Origin: an uncultured Dehalococcoidia bacterium
GTDB taxonomy: Bacteria > Chloroflexota > Dehalococcoidia > Lucifugimonadales > UBA3495
Length of the DNA: 64,000 nt
Assembly (NCBI GenBank): GCA_950072105.1
Contig: CATMOE010000006.1
Span: forward strand, 1 to 64,000
Reading direction: 5' to 3'
Part shown: piece by piece, positions 48,503 to 58,255 of the stretch
How positions within the stretch are numbered: the first letter of the stretch is position 1
Layout of the letters: every line of letters starts with the position of its first letter
Notes under the pieces: generated by a model
The model's input: the letters and a program-made list of their open reading frames with translations, nothing else
Database searches by the model: none
What the model was told of the DNA's origin: nothing
Translations under genes and position numbers: made by a program

Positions 48503-49747
48503 TTATCCTGAATTCGGCTTTACTTCGCGGGAAGGGCGGAGGGGAATAAATACCACAACGACCGCGGATATAGCCGTAAGGATACCGCTATAGTAAAAGA
48601 TTGAGCTCAACCCTCCCGCGTGGTTGATGATCAACGTGACCAAGAACGGCGAAGCCGCTCCGATCAGCCCGTTGATCCCAAAGATCAATCCCACCGCCGT
48701 CGCTTCGGTACCGCGCCCAACCACGTCCAGTACCGCCGCTTGCATGATCTGGTGCAACGCGAAGGTACCCAGCCCTAGCCCGGCCAGAACAAAAGCCAGC
48801 AGTATCGAATCCCCGGTACTCACAACAAGCAAGGACAACACCGCCGACGAGGCTAATCCCGGCAGCAGCACCGCTTTCCGGCCGAACTTGTCTGACAGCA
48901 CGCCCAGCACCGGCGCCGAGAATATTCCCATGCCCGCCAGCAAGGAAATGTGAAAACCCGCTCTGAAGTGCCCCATTCCTAAACCAGTCTCCATGTCCGT
49001 CAGATAGAAGGGTGTCCAATGGAACAGGGCGTTCAACGCTATGCCCCGAAAAGTGGACGTCAAGATCAGTCCTAAGACGACCGGGTTTCGCAGCAGCCGC
49101 AGTCCTGATCCTAACTGAGCCCGTGATCGGGTCCGCTCCCCCGGCGCATCTTCCTTGCCAATGTCTTTCAGCAACCACCAGACGAGGCCTGCCAAAATCA
49201 ATGATGGCGCCGCATAGATAAATAGCACGTGGCGCCAGAGAAGTATGGTGAGCAGCGCTCCAGCCAACAGCGGACCCAACACATTACCGATATTCGACCC
49301 GAAGCCATGCATGGCAATGGCAAAACCCCTGCGGTCGCGGAACCGCTGGGACAGGGCCGCGGCCGCCGGCAGGTGCCACAGCGAGCCGGGGACCGAGACC
49401 AGAATCACCGCTGCGATCAAAAGTGGAAAGTTGGTGGAAGCTCCCACCAGGGCATAAGCGATGGCGGACCCGGCCATGCACCCGGTCAGAATCATCCCCC
49501 ACTGGCTTTTGAGGATGTCCACCAACGCTCCCCCGCCCAGGCTGACCAACCCGGAACCCACCTGCCTGATACTGAGCAACGTTGCCACTTGAGTGTAGCT
49601 GAGGCCAAGGGATTGGGCGATGACCGGCATGAATACCGGAAATCCCTGATCGTAAAGGTGGGAGGCGCCGTGCCCCAACGAGAGACTGGCCAGGATGAAT
49701 CCACGGCTGCGCCCGCGTTTCAAGGGCACCTGCGCTACCTCATCCAC
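48503..49747 (-). CDS. MFS transporter (FSR-like)
   Basis: About 12 TMs; WHLP, RRGFAIAMHG.G.N.G and LSDKFGRK motifs. Confidence 0.9.
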   Translation of the reverse strand: MDEVAQVPLKRGRSRGFILASLSLGHGASHLYDQGFPVFMPVIAQSLGLSYTQVATLLSIRQVGSGLVSLGGGALVDILKSQWGMILTGCMAGSAIAYALVGASTNFPLLIAAVILVSVPGSLWHLPAAAALSQRFRDRRGFAIAMHGFGSNIGNVLGPLLAGALLTILLWRHVLFIYAAPSLILAGLVWWLLKDIGKEDAPGERTRSRAQLGSGLRLLRNPVVLGLILTSTFRGIALNALFHWTPFYLTDMETGLGMGHFRAGFHISLLAGMGIFSAPVLGVLSDKFGRKAVLLPGLASSAVLSLLVVSTGDSILLAFVLAGLGLGTFALHQIMQAAVLDVVGRGTEATAVGLIFGINGLIGAASPFLVTLIINHAGGLSSIFYYSGILTAISAVVVVFIPLRPSREVKPNSG

Positions 49748-50045
49748 TGTTCTCCATTTTTGTTCTGCCGAATAATGCGTAGTGGATGAATAATCAGTGC
49801 TTGCGATTCCCTGGGTGAGTCTAAGGTCAAGTCCCGGCCTTGGCAAGACCTAAACCAGAACATGAACCCGTGATTTTTGATGATGCCAGTGGGTGCCTAT
49901 GGCTGGGATGTGACCCTTGTGCTATGCTACCGCCTCTGGCGAGGCTCCGGCTGATGCCGATAGCTCTCATCTGAACGACGTTCGACAGCCAACCAGAGGC
50001 CGGACTTCAAGTTGGCGTGTCCACCGTTTAAGGAGGCGTTTCACA

Positions 50046-50822
50046 ATGTCTTACCCAGGTCTCAGCCTAGAAGGTCAAGTGGCCCTGGTAACCGGCTCCG
50101 CGCGTGGCATCGGCGCTGCCCTGGCCATCGGCCTGGCCCAAGCCGGAGCCGATGTGGCAGTCTCGGATATACCTCAAAAGCTAGATGAAGCCAGAGGAAT
50201 CCAATCTCAGATCGAAGGATTGGACCGGACAAGCGCCACCTACGCGCTGGACGTGCTGAACCTGGCAAACATCCGGGAGTCCGTGGCCGCCGTGGTGCGG
50301 GACTTCGGGCGGCTGGATATCTTGGTGAACAACGCCGGCATCCGCCGCAGGCAACCGGCTCTGGAGGTCACCGAAGAAGACTGGGACGCCGTGGTGGACA
50401 CTAACCTGAAAGGCGCGTTTTTTTGTTCCCAAGCTGCCGCCCGGCCCATGATCGACCAAGGATATGGGCGAATCATCAACATCTCTTCCCAACTGGCGGT
50501 GGTAGCACGGGAAGACCGGGCCGCCTACTGCTCCAGCAAGGCCGGTGTAGCCAATCTGACCCGGGTTTTGGCCTTGGAGTGGATCAAATACGGTATCACC
50601 GTCAACGCCATCGGCCCCGGTCCCACCACAACGCCCGGCTTGCAAGAAGCCGACCCCCGGTCACCTTCGGAGGTCCAGCAAGACATGTCGGCCAACATGC
50701 CCTTGGGACGGAGGATGGAGCCGGAAGAATTGGTGGGAGCGGCCATCTATCTGGCCAGCCCTTCGTCATCAGCCACCACAGGTCATTTGTTGATCGTTGA
50801 CGGAGGGTGGACAGCGATCTAG
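50046..50822 (+). CDS. Short-chain dehydrogenase/reductase
   Basis: TGSARGIG, NNAG, YCSSK and VDGG motifs. Confidence 0.93.
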   Translation: MSYPGLSLEGQVALVTGSARGIGAALAIGLAQAGADVAVSDIPQKLDEARGIQSQIEGLDRTSATYALDVLNLANIRESVAAVVRDFGRLDILVNNAGIRRRQPALEVTEEDWDAVVDTNLKGAFFCSQAAARPMIDQGYGRIINISSQLAVVAREDRAAYCSSKAGVANLTRVLALEWIKYGITVNAIGPGPTTTPGLQEADPRSPSEVQQDMSANMPLGRRMEPEELVGAAIYLASPSSSATTGHLLIVDGGWTAI

Positions 50823-50824
50823 GC

Positions 50825-50856
50825 CAGCTATCAGCTATCAGCGGTCAGCCATCAGC
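50825..50856 (+). repeat. Heptamer tandem repeat (TCAGCNN)x4-5; copies at 42163..42194 and 52117..52149
   Basis: CAGCTA TCAGCTA TCAGCGG TCAGCCA TCAGC, found right after stop codons. Confidence 0.7.
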
Positions 50857-50872
50857 ATTTAGGAGGTAGACG

Positions 50873-51337
50873 ATGAGCTTGGAGGACCTGGAACGCCGGC
50901 TTCAAGTCCTGGAGGACGTTGAGGAGATCAAGCGGCTCAAAGCGCGCTATTGCGCCTACTGCGACGACAATTACAACGCCGAGGCCATTGCCGGCCTCTT
51001 CACCGAGGACGCGGTTTGGGACGGCGGGATCCGTGGCCGAGCCGACGGCCGGGCGGGAATCCACGACTTCTTTGTCCGGGCTTCCCAGCGGCTGCCCTTT
51101 GCGATACACATGGTAATGAACCCGGTCATTGAAGTGGACGGCGATACCGCCACCGGCTCCTGGTACCTGTTCCAAGCCTGCACCTACGCCGAAGATGATC
51201 AGGCAGTGTGGGGTTCGGGCAGATACGACGAGGAGTATGTCAAGATAGACGGGGTTTGGATGTTCAAACACCTGAAGCTGACGTCCTTTTTCTGGACTCC
51301 CTTCGACCAGGGTTGGGCTAAGACACGATTTTCTTAA
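50873..51337 (+). CDS. NTF2/SnoaL-like protein (LinA/BaiE-type fold)
   Basis: EEIKRLKARY...D, LFTEDAVWD, HMVMNP.IEVDGDTATG.W and GRYDEEY motifs. Confidence 0.88.
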   Translation: MSLEDLERRLQVLEDVEEIKRLKARYCAYCDDNYNAEAIAGLFTEDAVWDGGIRGRADGRAGIHDFFVRASQRLPFAIHMVMNPVIEVDGDTATGSWYLFQACTYAEDDQAVWGSGRYDEEYVKIDGVWMFKHLKLTSFFWTPFDQGWAKTRFS

Positions 51338-51363
51338 ACAAGATTCCTTTGGGATAGAAGACT

Positions 51364-52119
51364 ATGAACCAGATGCAGGATATGGTTGCCATCGTCACCG
51401 GGGCCAGCAGAGGGCTGGGCAAGGCCATCGCCTTGGAGTTCGCCGGGGAGGGGGCTAGCGTGGCCATCTGCGCCCGCGCCAGTTCACCCACCGGTTTAAC
51501 CGGCACCATGGATGAGACCGCCCAGGCCATCCGAGACGCCGGAGGCGAGGTCTTCCCCTTGGTCTGTGACGTGACCGACGACGGCCAAGTTCAGGATATG
51601 GTCCGGCAGGTCGAGGAGCACTACGGGCGCATAGACGTACTTTTCAACAACGCTGGAGCCATGGTACTGGGGGAGTCTATCCTGGAGATAGACCCGGCCA
51701 GTTGGGACCGGATCATGACGGTGAACGTGCGGGGCCCCTATCTCTGCTCCCGGGCAGTCCTGCCTATAATGATGCGCCAGCGCCGGGGCAGCATCATCAA
51801 CATCGGCTCCCGCATGGCCGACGACCCCACGCAAGGTGGCGGCGTTCTGTACAGCACCAGCAAGGCGGCCGTCCACATGTTCAGCTTTTGCTTGGCTGAT
51901 GAGGTGCGGGAATACAACGTCGCCGTCAACGTGCTCTCGCCGGGCAGCCTGCGCACCGAAGGCTCGGCCGCGATACCTTGGACCCAGCGTGACTGGCATG
52001 AGCGGGTTGAACCTTCTGAGGTAGGCCCGTCCGCCGTCTACCTGGCAAAGCAGGACGCCCAATCTTTAACCGGCCAATTGGTCTTGCGGGCGGAGTTCGG
52101 AAAAACCTGGGGGATGTAG
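51364..52119 (+). CDS. Short-chain dehydrogenase/reductase
   Basis: TGASRGLG, NNAG and YSTSK motifs. Confidence 0.93.
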   Translation: MNQMQDMVAIVTGASRGLGKAIALEFAGEGASVAICARASSPTGLTGTMDETAQAIRDAGGEVFPLVCDVTDDGQVQDMVRQVEEHYGRIDVLFNNAGAMVLGESILEIDPASWDRIMTVNVRGPYLCSRAVLPIMMRQRRGSIINIGSRMADDPTQGGGVLYSTSKAAVHMFSFCLADEVREYNVAVNVLSPGSLRTEGSAAIPWTQRDWHERVEPSEVGPSAVYLAKQDAQSLTGQLVLRAEFGKTWGM

Positions 52120-52309
52120 CTTTCAGCTATCAGCGGTCAGCTTTCAGCAGTGGGGACCCCTCTCCCGGCGGGAGAGGGGCCGGAGGTGAGGGCCAACCCG
52201 CCACGGGTAGCGATTGACAATGGTTGTGGCAGTGAATAGAGTACCGGAATAACGAGCATCGACTCATTGCCAATCGCGTCGTGAATCGTTCACATGGAGG
52301 ATTGAATAC

Positions 52310-52687
52310 ATGGCTACTGTGTTGGATCACACCATCGTCCCGGTCAAGGATAGAGAGAAGTCCGTGGAGTTTTACACGCGGATCTTTGGGTTCGACAACC
52401 TGGGGGAAGTGGGCCCCTTCTTGGCGGTGAAGGTCAACGACACTCTGAATTTTGACTTTCGGGAATCGGACGACTTCCGCAGCATGCACTATGCGTTCGC
52501 CATGGACCACCAAGAGTTCGAAGACGCCTTCGCCAGGATCCAGGAATCTGGGATCTCCTACGGCGACAGCCCTCGGGAGCAGGAAAACATGAAGGGGCCA
52601 GGGATGTCCGACGGCGCCAAGGGGATGGGCAAAGCGGTCTACTTCAAGGACCTTGACGGCCACCTTTTGGAGATCAAGACCTACTGA
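52310..52687 (+). CDS. VOC/glyoxalase family protein
   Basis: LDHTIV, HYAF and VYFKDLDGHLLEI motifs; TTGACA-17-TAGAGT promoter at 52214..52242. Confidence 0.9.
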   Translation: MATVLDHTIVPVKDREKSVEFYTRIFGFDNLGEVGPFLAVKVNDTLNFDFRESDDFRSMHYAFAMDHQEFEDAFARIQESGISYGDSPREQENMKGPGMSDGAKGMGKAVYFKDLDGHLLEIKTY

Positions 52688-52825
52688 GGCCTTGGGCCCG
52701 GCTACCGGCAAGGTTTTTCGGATATGGTCAGCCTGTCTAACGACGGGCCGGTGGCCGGGACGAACTGGCCTCGTCTAATTTTGTTCCCCGGCGCGAGATT
52801 GGCGGCCGATGATTGATGCCACCCT

Positions 52826-55144
52826 ATGACCACACCCCAGACAGTCAATAACAAGGGCGACCCCGCTGCTCCTTCTCATTGGTTTCACCGGCGTGAATCC
52901 CTCGTTGCCTACTTTCTGGTCCTATTCGCCGTCGCCTTCAACCTATATCACCTCTACCCTGAGGTAGCAGGCGACGTCTTGGCTTGGAACGATACCGTTT
53001 TCCACCGGCTGGCCATAGAAATGGTGGTAGAAGCCATCAAACAAGGACAGGACTTCACCGACCCGTGGCAGGGCTCCATGGGCATGGGCTTTCCCCTGTT
53101 CCATTACTACCAGCATTTCCCACATGTGACTATTGCGCTCGTCCATGTTCTTACTCTTGGGTTATTCGCCATCGCCGATCTATTGAACTGGACGAACTAT
53201 TTGCTCCTCAGCCATTTTCCCATATCCATCTACTGGTCATTACGGCGCTTCGATTTCGATCAACTGTCGGCTGCCATGGGCGGCCTTGTCGCATCGCTTG
53301 TCGCCACCGCCGGCATTGGCGGCTTAAGTTTCGCTAGCTATGTTTTCCAAGGGTGGGGGGTTCATACCCAGCTTTGGGCAATGTTGCTCCTGCCCCCGGC
53401 ATTAGCTTTAGGATACCGAGTTCTGAAAGAGGGGAGAGGATACTTCTGGGCAACGCTATTCCTTGCCGTAACGTTGATCTCCCACCTGATATACGGGTAT
53501 ATGGCCTTCCTTACCCTTGGCATCCTCGCACTTATCCAACCTACCGGATCATCCAGCATTAAGTCTCTTTTGCAGACTATCCTGCGGCGATGGAGCCGGT
53601 TGATTATCCTGTTGCTGCTCGTCGTAGTAGTGACCTCGTATTTTCTGGTTCCCTTTTTCCTAGACCGGCCTTATCTGAACAACAGCGTTTTTCATCATCC
53701 GACGAGACACGACTCTTACGGCTATGCTGCGGTGCTTCGGGGTCTGGTCGTGGGAGATTTATTTGATTTCGGCAGGATACCTTCGTTGACCTATTTGGCG
53801 GCTGCTGGGTTCGGGATCTGTTTACTCCGGTGGAGGAATGAGCGATACCTGATCCCGGTAGCGATATTCACTCTGTGGCTGATGCTCTATTTCGGCAGAG
53901 CAACCTGGGGTAGCCTCATGGACGTGTTACCACTTAGCCGCGAGATTCACATGAACCGGTTCGTCGGGGGGGTTCATCTGGGAGGCATATTCTTTATCGC
54001 GGTCGCGTTGGCTGCCCCACTACGCTGGGCTCTGTCTCGATCCCGCATCTGGTATGTCGCGGCGGCTTTGGGGTTGACCTTGCTGGTGCTATCGCCGGTC
54101 TACATCGAAAGAAGGTCGTACCTGGCGCAGAATGCCTTATCGATAAATGAAGGCCGGCAGGCTCTGGCAGCCGATGACGATCTAACCGCGCTAATCGATA
54201 AACTAAAGCAACTTCCACCCGGCCGGACCTATGCCGGGCAACAACGCGGCTATGTTCTTGACAATTGGAGCGACGATTACCGGGTTGGCAATCTAAGGGT
54301 CGATAACCTGCTACAAGCAGCGGGCATTGACATGGTGGAGAAGATTTACCACAGCTATTCACTGAATAGTGACGTTCTGATCAATTTCGATGAGCAGCGT
54401 TATGACCATTACAATCTTTATAACGCCCGGTACGTGGTGGCCCCTGAAGGCCGAATATTTCCGGAGATTGTGCAGCCGCTGCAGCAATTTGGGCGCCATC
54501 GCTTGTATCAAGTGGATACTACGGGCTACTTCGACCTGGTCGACTCAGACTTGGCCTTCGAAGGGACAGGGACGGAATTATATCTGGCGGCATCAGTCTG
54601 GCTAGGCAGCAGACTGCCAGGGGCCAAGCAGCATCCGTTAGTGTCGATCGGCAGTCGCGCCCAGGGAATAGAACGCGGGTTGCCACTTTCTTCAGCTAAG
54701 GAGGTCATCGCCAAATTGAATCCCCCTGACGGTCCATCTCGTGGCAGGATCATCTCCGAGGAAATAGGCAACAATTATTTCGCGGTTGACGTTAACGTGG
54801 AACGCGAAAGCATGTTGCTACTGAAAGCTACGTATCACCCAGACTGGCGGGCAACTGTCGATGGTGTGAAGACGGACACGGTCATGCTGATGCCCAGTTT
54901 TGTGGGAGTTCGGTTGCCCCCGGGAGACCACAAGGTACGGATAGAATACCGGCCCCGGCGACTGCGCATGATTCTGTTAGGTTTGGGACTCCTCACGTTG
55001 CCAATGATTTGGCTGGGTGAGAAGCGGGGCGAAGCTCTGTCTTGGCGGTTGGTCTCTGGTGTTTCCGCCAGAATATCCGGCTTGGTGAAACGTCCGAATA
55101 GCATTGGCGGAAGACAGAATCGGAGGGGCCGGAGACGCCGTTAA
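52826..55144 (+). CDS. GT-C/YfhO-like membrane glycosyltransferase, paralog of 3727..5970
   Basis: Shares GQDFTDPWQ..MGMGFPLFHYYQH, VQ/DTTGYFDLVDSDL and KATYHP.WRATVDG with 3727..5970. Confidence 0.75.
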   Translation: MTTPQTVNNKGDPAAPSHWFHRRESLVAYFLVLFAVAFNLYHLYPEVAGDVLAWNDTVFHRLAIEMVVEAIKQGQDFTDPWQGSMGMGFPLFHYYQHFPHVTIALVHVLTLGLFAIADLLNWTNYLLLSHFPISIYWSLRRFDFDQLSAAMGGLVASLVATAGIGGLSFASYVFQGWGVHTQLWAMLLLPPALALGYRVLKEGRGYFWATLFLAVTLISHLIYGYMAFLTLGILALIQPTGSSSIKSLLQTILRRWSRLIILLLLVVVVTSYFLVPFFLDRPYLNNSVFHHPTRHDSYGYAAVLRGLVVGDLFDFGRIPSLTYLAAAGFGICLLRWRNERYLIPVAIFTLWLMLYFGRATWGSLMDVLPLSREIHMNRFVGGVHLGGIFFIAVALAAPLRWALSRSRIWYVAAALGLTLLVLSPVYIERRSYLAQNALSINEGRQALAADDDLTALIDKLKQLPPGRTYAGQQRGYVLDNWSDDYRVGNLRVDNLLQAAGIDMVEKIYHSYSLNSDVLINFDEQRYDHYNLYNARYVVAPEGRIFPEIVQPLQQFGRHRLYQVDTTGYFDLVDSDLAFEGTGTELYLAASVWLGSRLPGAKQHPLVSIGSRAQGIERGLPLSSAKEVIAKLNPPDGPSRGRIISEEIGNNYFAVDVNVERESMLLLKATYHPDWRATVDGVKTDTVMLMPSFVGVRLPPGDHKVRIEYRPRRLRMILLGLGLLTLPMIWLGEKRGEALSWRLVSGVSARISGLVKRPNSIGGRQNRRGRRRR

Positions 55145-55265
55145 TCCTTCCTGAAGAGAGATTGACCCGGCGGGTCACCCCCATCCAAAACTTCCCGCGC
55201 AAATGGGGAAGGGATAAATCATGTCCTTGATCACCGGGGAGTATCAGCCTGAGGGTGAGGCTCGA

Positions 55266-55559
55266 TTAATCCGAAGGTACGTCGGCGTGGAGATGGCCGT
55301 CCCGCACCGTGACCTCGTAAGACCACATCCTGGCGTTGGGGCCGTTGATGCACTCACCATCTTCAGGTTCGAAGCGCCAGCCGTGATCTGGGCACATGAA
55401 GCAAGTCCCCCAATCGACGATCTCCCCTCCGTGGTGGGGGCAAACGTTGGACAACAGCTTGTACCCTTGCTTAGTACGCACTAGGAAAAAGGAATAGTCG
55501 CCCCAATCGACCTGTGCGGGGAACTTTTCAAAACCCGTTTCAGGACCCAAGTCGATCAT
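55266..55559 (-). CDS. Stand-alone Rieske [2Fe-2S] ferredoxin
   Basis: CPH...CPDHGWRF..G.C..GP. Confidence 0.85.
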   Translation of the reverse strand: MIDLGPETGFEKFPAQVDWGDYSFFLVRTKQGYKLLSNVCPHHGGEIVDWGTCFMCPDHGWRFEPEDGECINGPNARMWSYEVTVRDGHLHADVPSD

Positions 55560-55771
55560 ATTTGCTCGCAGCGTGCAGATTGGTCAAAGCGTAGCCTCTA
55601 GACCGTTGGTAGTATAACCAAGCCGGGTTAGTACCTCAAGGCTGTTTGGCTCCCTGGAAAACCGATTCGGGAATCAGGTCTCCATATCATTCTAACCGGC
55701 CTCTTGACTGATCGGCCGATTTCCGGGAGTATGGGGCAATCACACTATGTTGTTTTTAGCGGGAGGCGAGC

Positions 55772-55966
55772 ATGCCCGACTTATCCAAAGACGAAGTGGT
55801 AGCTCTTGGTCACGCGGTGGGCTTGGAGATTCAAGACCCCGAGTTGACCGAAGTGATGTATAGCCTCAACGCCCTCCTGGAATCTCTGGATCAGATCAAC
55901 CCGCCCGGTCTGGACAGCGTGGAGCCACTACCAATCATCCTGCCTCCGAATAACCCCTCGGCCTAG
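55772..55966 (+). CDS. Small GatC/AtzG-like protein
   Basis: LSKDEV..L...GL.I...EL..V...LN.LLE....VEP pattern; GGGAGG RBS. Confidence 0.6.
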   Translation: MPDLSKDEVVALGHAVGLEIQDPELTEVMYSLNALLESLDQINPPGLDSVEPLPIILPPNNPSA

Positions 55967-56052
55967 CCAGAGCCCAGCATACCCAAACCGGTCCAGGCAA
56001 CGTTCTTGGTCTATTCCTACCATGAACCAGTCTCGGAAGGAGGATACCCATA

Positions 56053-57129
56053 GTGACTCAAGGCAAGGTCAGTCCCGAGGAGCTGGAGCGATTCTACGCC
56101 TCCACCGACCAGGCAAGCCTGGCGCCCGGATGGCTGCGCCGCGGCGAAGAGCGGCCCGCGGTGGTTCCATTTCTCTGGAAATGGTCTGAAGTTGAACCGT
56201 TGGTCATGCGAAGCGGCGAGGTTGTCACTCCGGACCGGGACGTACAGCGCCGGGTCTTGCGCCTGGCCAATCCCGCGTTGGGCCATGGCACCACCCACAC
56301 CATTTCAGCGGCGTTGCAACTCCTCCTTCCCGGTGAGTGCGCCCCGGCCCACCGCCACACCCCCACAGCTATCCGTTGGATCTTGCAGGGGGAAGGCGTT
56401 TACACCACGGTGCAGGGAGATAAGTGCTACATGGAACGTGGGGACCTTGTTCTCACGCCGTCCTGGACCTGGCACGACCACAACAGCGAGGGCGACGCGC
56501 CCATGATTTGGCTGGACGGCCTCGATACCCCGTTGGTTCACAACCTGCACGCCACCTTCTTTGAGAACTACCCAGAGGACGAACAACCGGTTACCGGAAC
56601 CGGAGAGTCGATTCAGAAATACGCTTCCGGGGCTTTGCGGCCCGCCTGGGAAGACACCAAATTGCCTTATTCTCAACTATGGCACTACAAATGGGACCGG
56701 ACCTACGACGCCCTCTGGAATCTGGCCCAGGTAGATTCCAGCCCCTTCGACGACGTGGCCATGGAGTATTCCGACCCCGCCACCGGTGGATCGGTATTAG
56801 CGACCATGGCCTGTTGGATCCAGCTGATCCGTCCTGGCATCCACACCAGGGCGCACCGGCACACCACCAGCGCCGTCTACCAAGTATTTGAAGGTGAGGG
56901 ATACAGCATCATCGACGGCCAGCGGTTCGATTGGAGCCCGGGAGACCTCTTCGTAGTGCCGTCCTGGTCGTGGCACGAATTCGGAAATGATTCCAGCCAA
57001 GAAGCGATCCTTTTCTCCATCCAGGACAACCCGGTCATCAAATCCTTGGCCCTTTTCCGGGAAGAAGCCTACGAGGAAAACGCTGGCCACCAGTCAGTTA
57101 CGGGAAAATTCTCCGGCCTTCAGCGCTAA
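56053..57129 (+). CDS. Gentisate 1,2-dioxygenase family cupin (second paralog)
   Basis: QRRVL.LANP, AHRHTP, TPSWTWHDH and WLDGLD motifs. Confidence 0.9.
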   Translation: MTQGKVSPEELERFYASTDQASLAPGWLRRGEERPAVVPFLWKWSEVEPLVMRSGEVVTPDRDVQRRVLRLANPALGHGTTHTISAALQLLLPGECAPAHRHTPTAIRWILQGEGVYTTVQGDKCYMERGDLVLTPSWTWHDHNSEGDAPMIWLDGLDTPLVHNLHATFFENYPEDEQPVTGTGESIQKYASGALRPAWEDTKLPYSQLWHYKWDRTYDALWNLAQVDSSPFDDVAMEYSDPATGGSVLATMACWIQLIRPGIHTRAHRHTTSAVYQVFEGEGYSIIDGQRFDWSPGDLFVVPSWSWHEFGNDSSQEAILFSIQDNPVIKSLALFREEAYEENAGHQSVTGKFSGLQR

Positions 57130-57165
57130 GGAACCTCTACCATTCCGATCTAAGGAGTTAGGACC

Positions 57166-58158
57166 ATGCCAGACAACAACAGCCAAAACCGCAGAATCTA
57201 TGTGGGATTGCAAGAAGGCGTTTGCGCCATATCCGGACAGGGAGAAACCTGGATCTGTGGTGACGTCACCCCCCTGGCCCACGCCGCCGCCCGGCTTACC
57301 GCCAGCCCGGTAGTTGGAGGAAGGGCCTACCTGGCCGCTTACGAGGCCGGGGTCTACCGCACCGACGACGGCGGACAGACCTGGCGCCATCTGGACGCCT
57401 ACCCCAGCGATTACGCCCACAGCGTGCAGGCCGACGCCAGCGACCAGGGGAAAGTGTACGTGGGCAGCGAACCGGCATCCATATATAGCTCCTCTGACGG
57501 CGGAGATACTTGGGAGGAGTGCACTGGATTCACGGCGGTGCCCGAGTCTAGCCAGTGGGGTTTCCACGCACCGACCCGGGACTCGCACGTTCGAGATTTG
57601 AGAGCGGCCCCCCACGATTCCAGCTACTTGTACGCCGCCATAGAGGAAGGGGGTATGGTTCGATCCCAGGACGGCGGGGCAACCTGGAAGCAATTGCCAG
57701 GGATCCACGACGACGTACACTGCATCGGAATCAGCGGCGCCAGGCCTAAAAGCGTCTATGTTGCCACGTCCCGGGCGCCCTATCGCACCGACGACGAAGG
57801 CGACAATTGGGAAGTGATCAACAACGGCCTGGACGGGCGATACGCCTTGCACATAGCCGCGGCACCCGACGACGCCGACGTGGTTCTGCTGACGGTGTCC
57901 GCCAACGCACGGCGGGAGAATCCCCAGTTCTATCGCTCCACCGACGGTGGCCGCAACTGGAAGTTGATCGAGTCGGTGGGCCAAGACGAAGATATGGTAG
58001 TCTCATTCGACTGGGACCTCCAATCGCCGGGCACGGTGTACGCCGGTACGGAACCGGGCCAGATCTTTTGCAGCAGCAATCATGGAGAGACCTGGCGGCA
58101 ACTCCCGGTAAGCCTGCCCAAACTGGCCGTCGGGGCCATGGCTGTGGCATCGGCCTGA
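57166..58158 (+). CDS. Beta-propeller protein with BNR/Asp-box repeats
   Basis: Repeated S/TxDGGxTW motifs; no signal peptide. Confidence 0.85.
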   Translation: MPDNNSQNRRIYVGLQEGVCAISGQGETWICGDVTPLAHAAARLTASPVVGGRAYLAAYEAGVYRTDDGGQTWRHLDAYPSDYAHSVQADASDQGKVYVGSEPASIYSSSDGGDTWEECTGFTAVPESSQWGFHAPTRDSHVRDLRAAPHDSSYLYAAIEEGGMVRSQDGGATWKQLPGIHDDVHCIGISGARPKSVYVATSRAPYRTDDEGDNWEVINNGLDGRYALHIAAAPDDADVVLLTVSANARRENPQFYRSTDGGRNWKLIESVGQDEDMVVSFDWDLQSPGTVYAGTEPGQIFCSSNHGETWRQLPVSLPKLAVGAMAVASA

Positions 58159-58187
58159 GTCCTAACTAATTTGTAAGACAAATGCAT

Positions 58188-58224
58188 AGGGGCGTCCCGA
58201 ACAGATCGGGACGCCCCTTTCTTT
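58188..58224 (+). terminator. Intrinsic terminator between convergent genes
   Basis: 13-bp stem AGGGGCGTCCCGA/TCGGGACGCCCCT followed by TTCTTT. Confidence 0.85.
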
Positions 58225-58255
58225 ATCTCTTATTTCCCGCCATGCTTTTCCGGGT

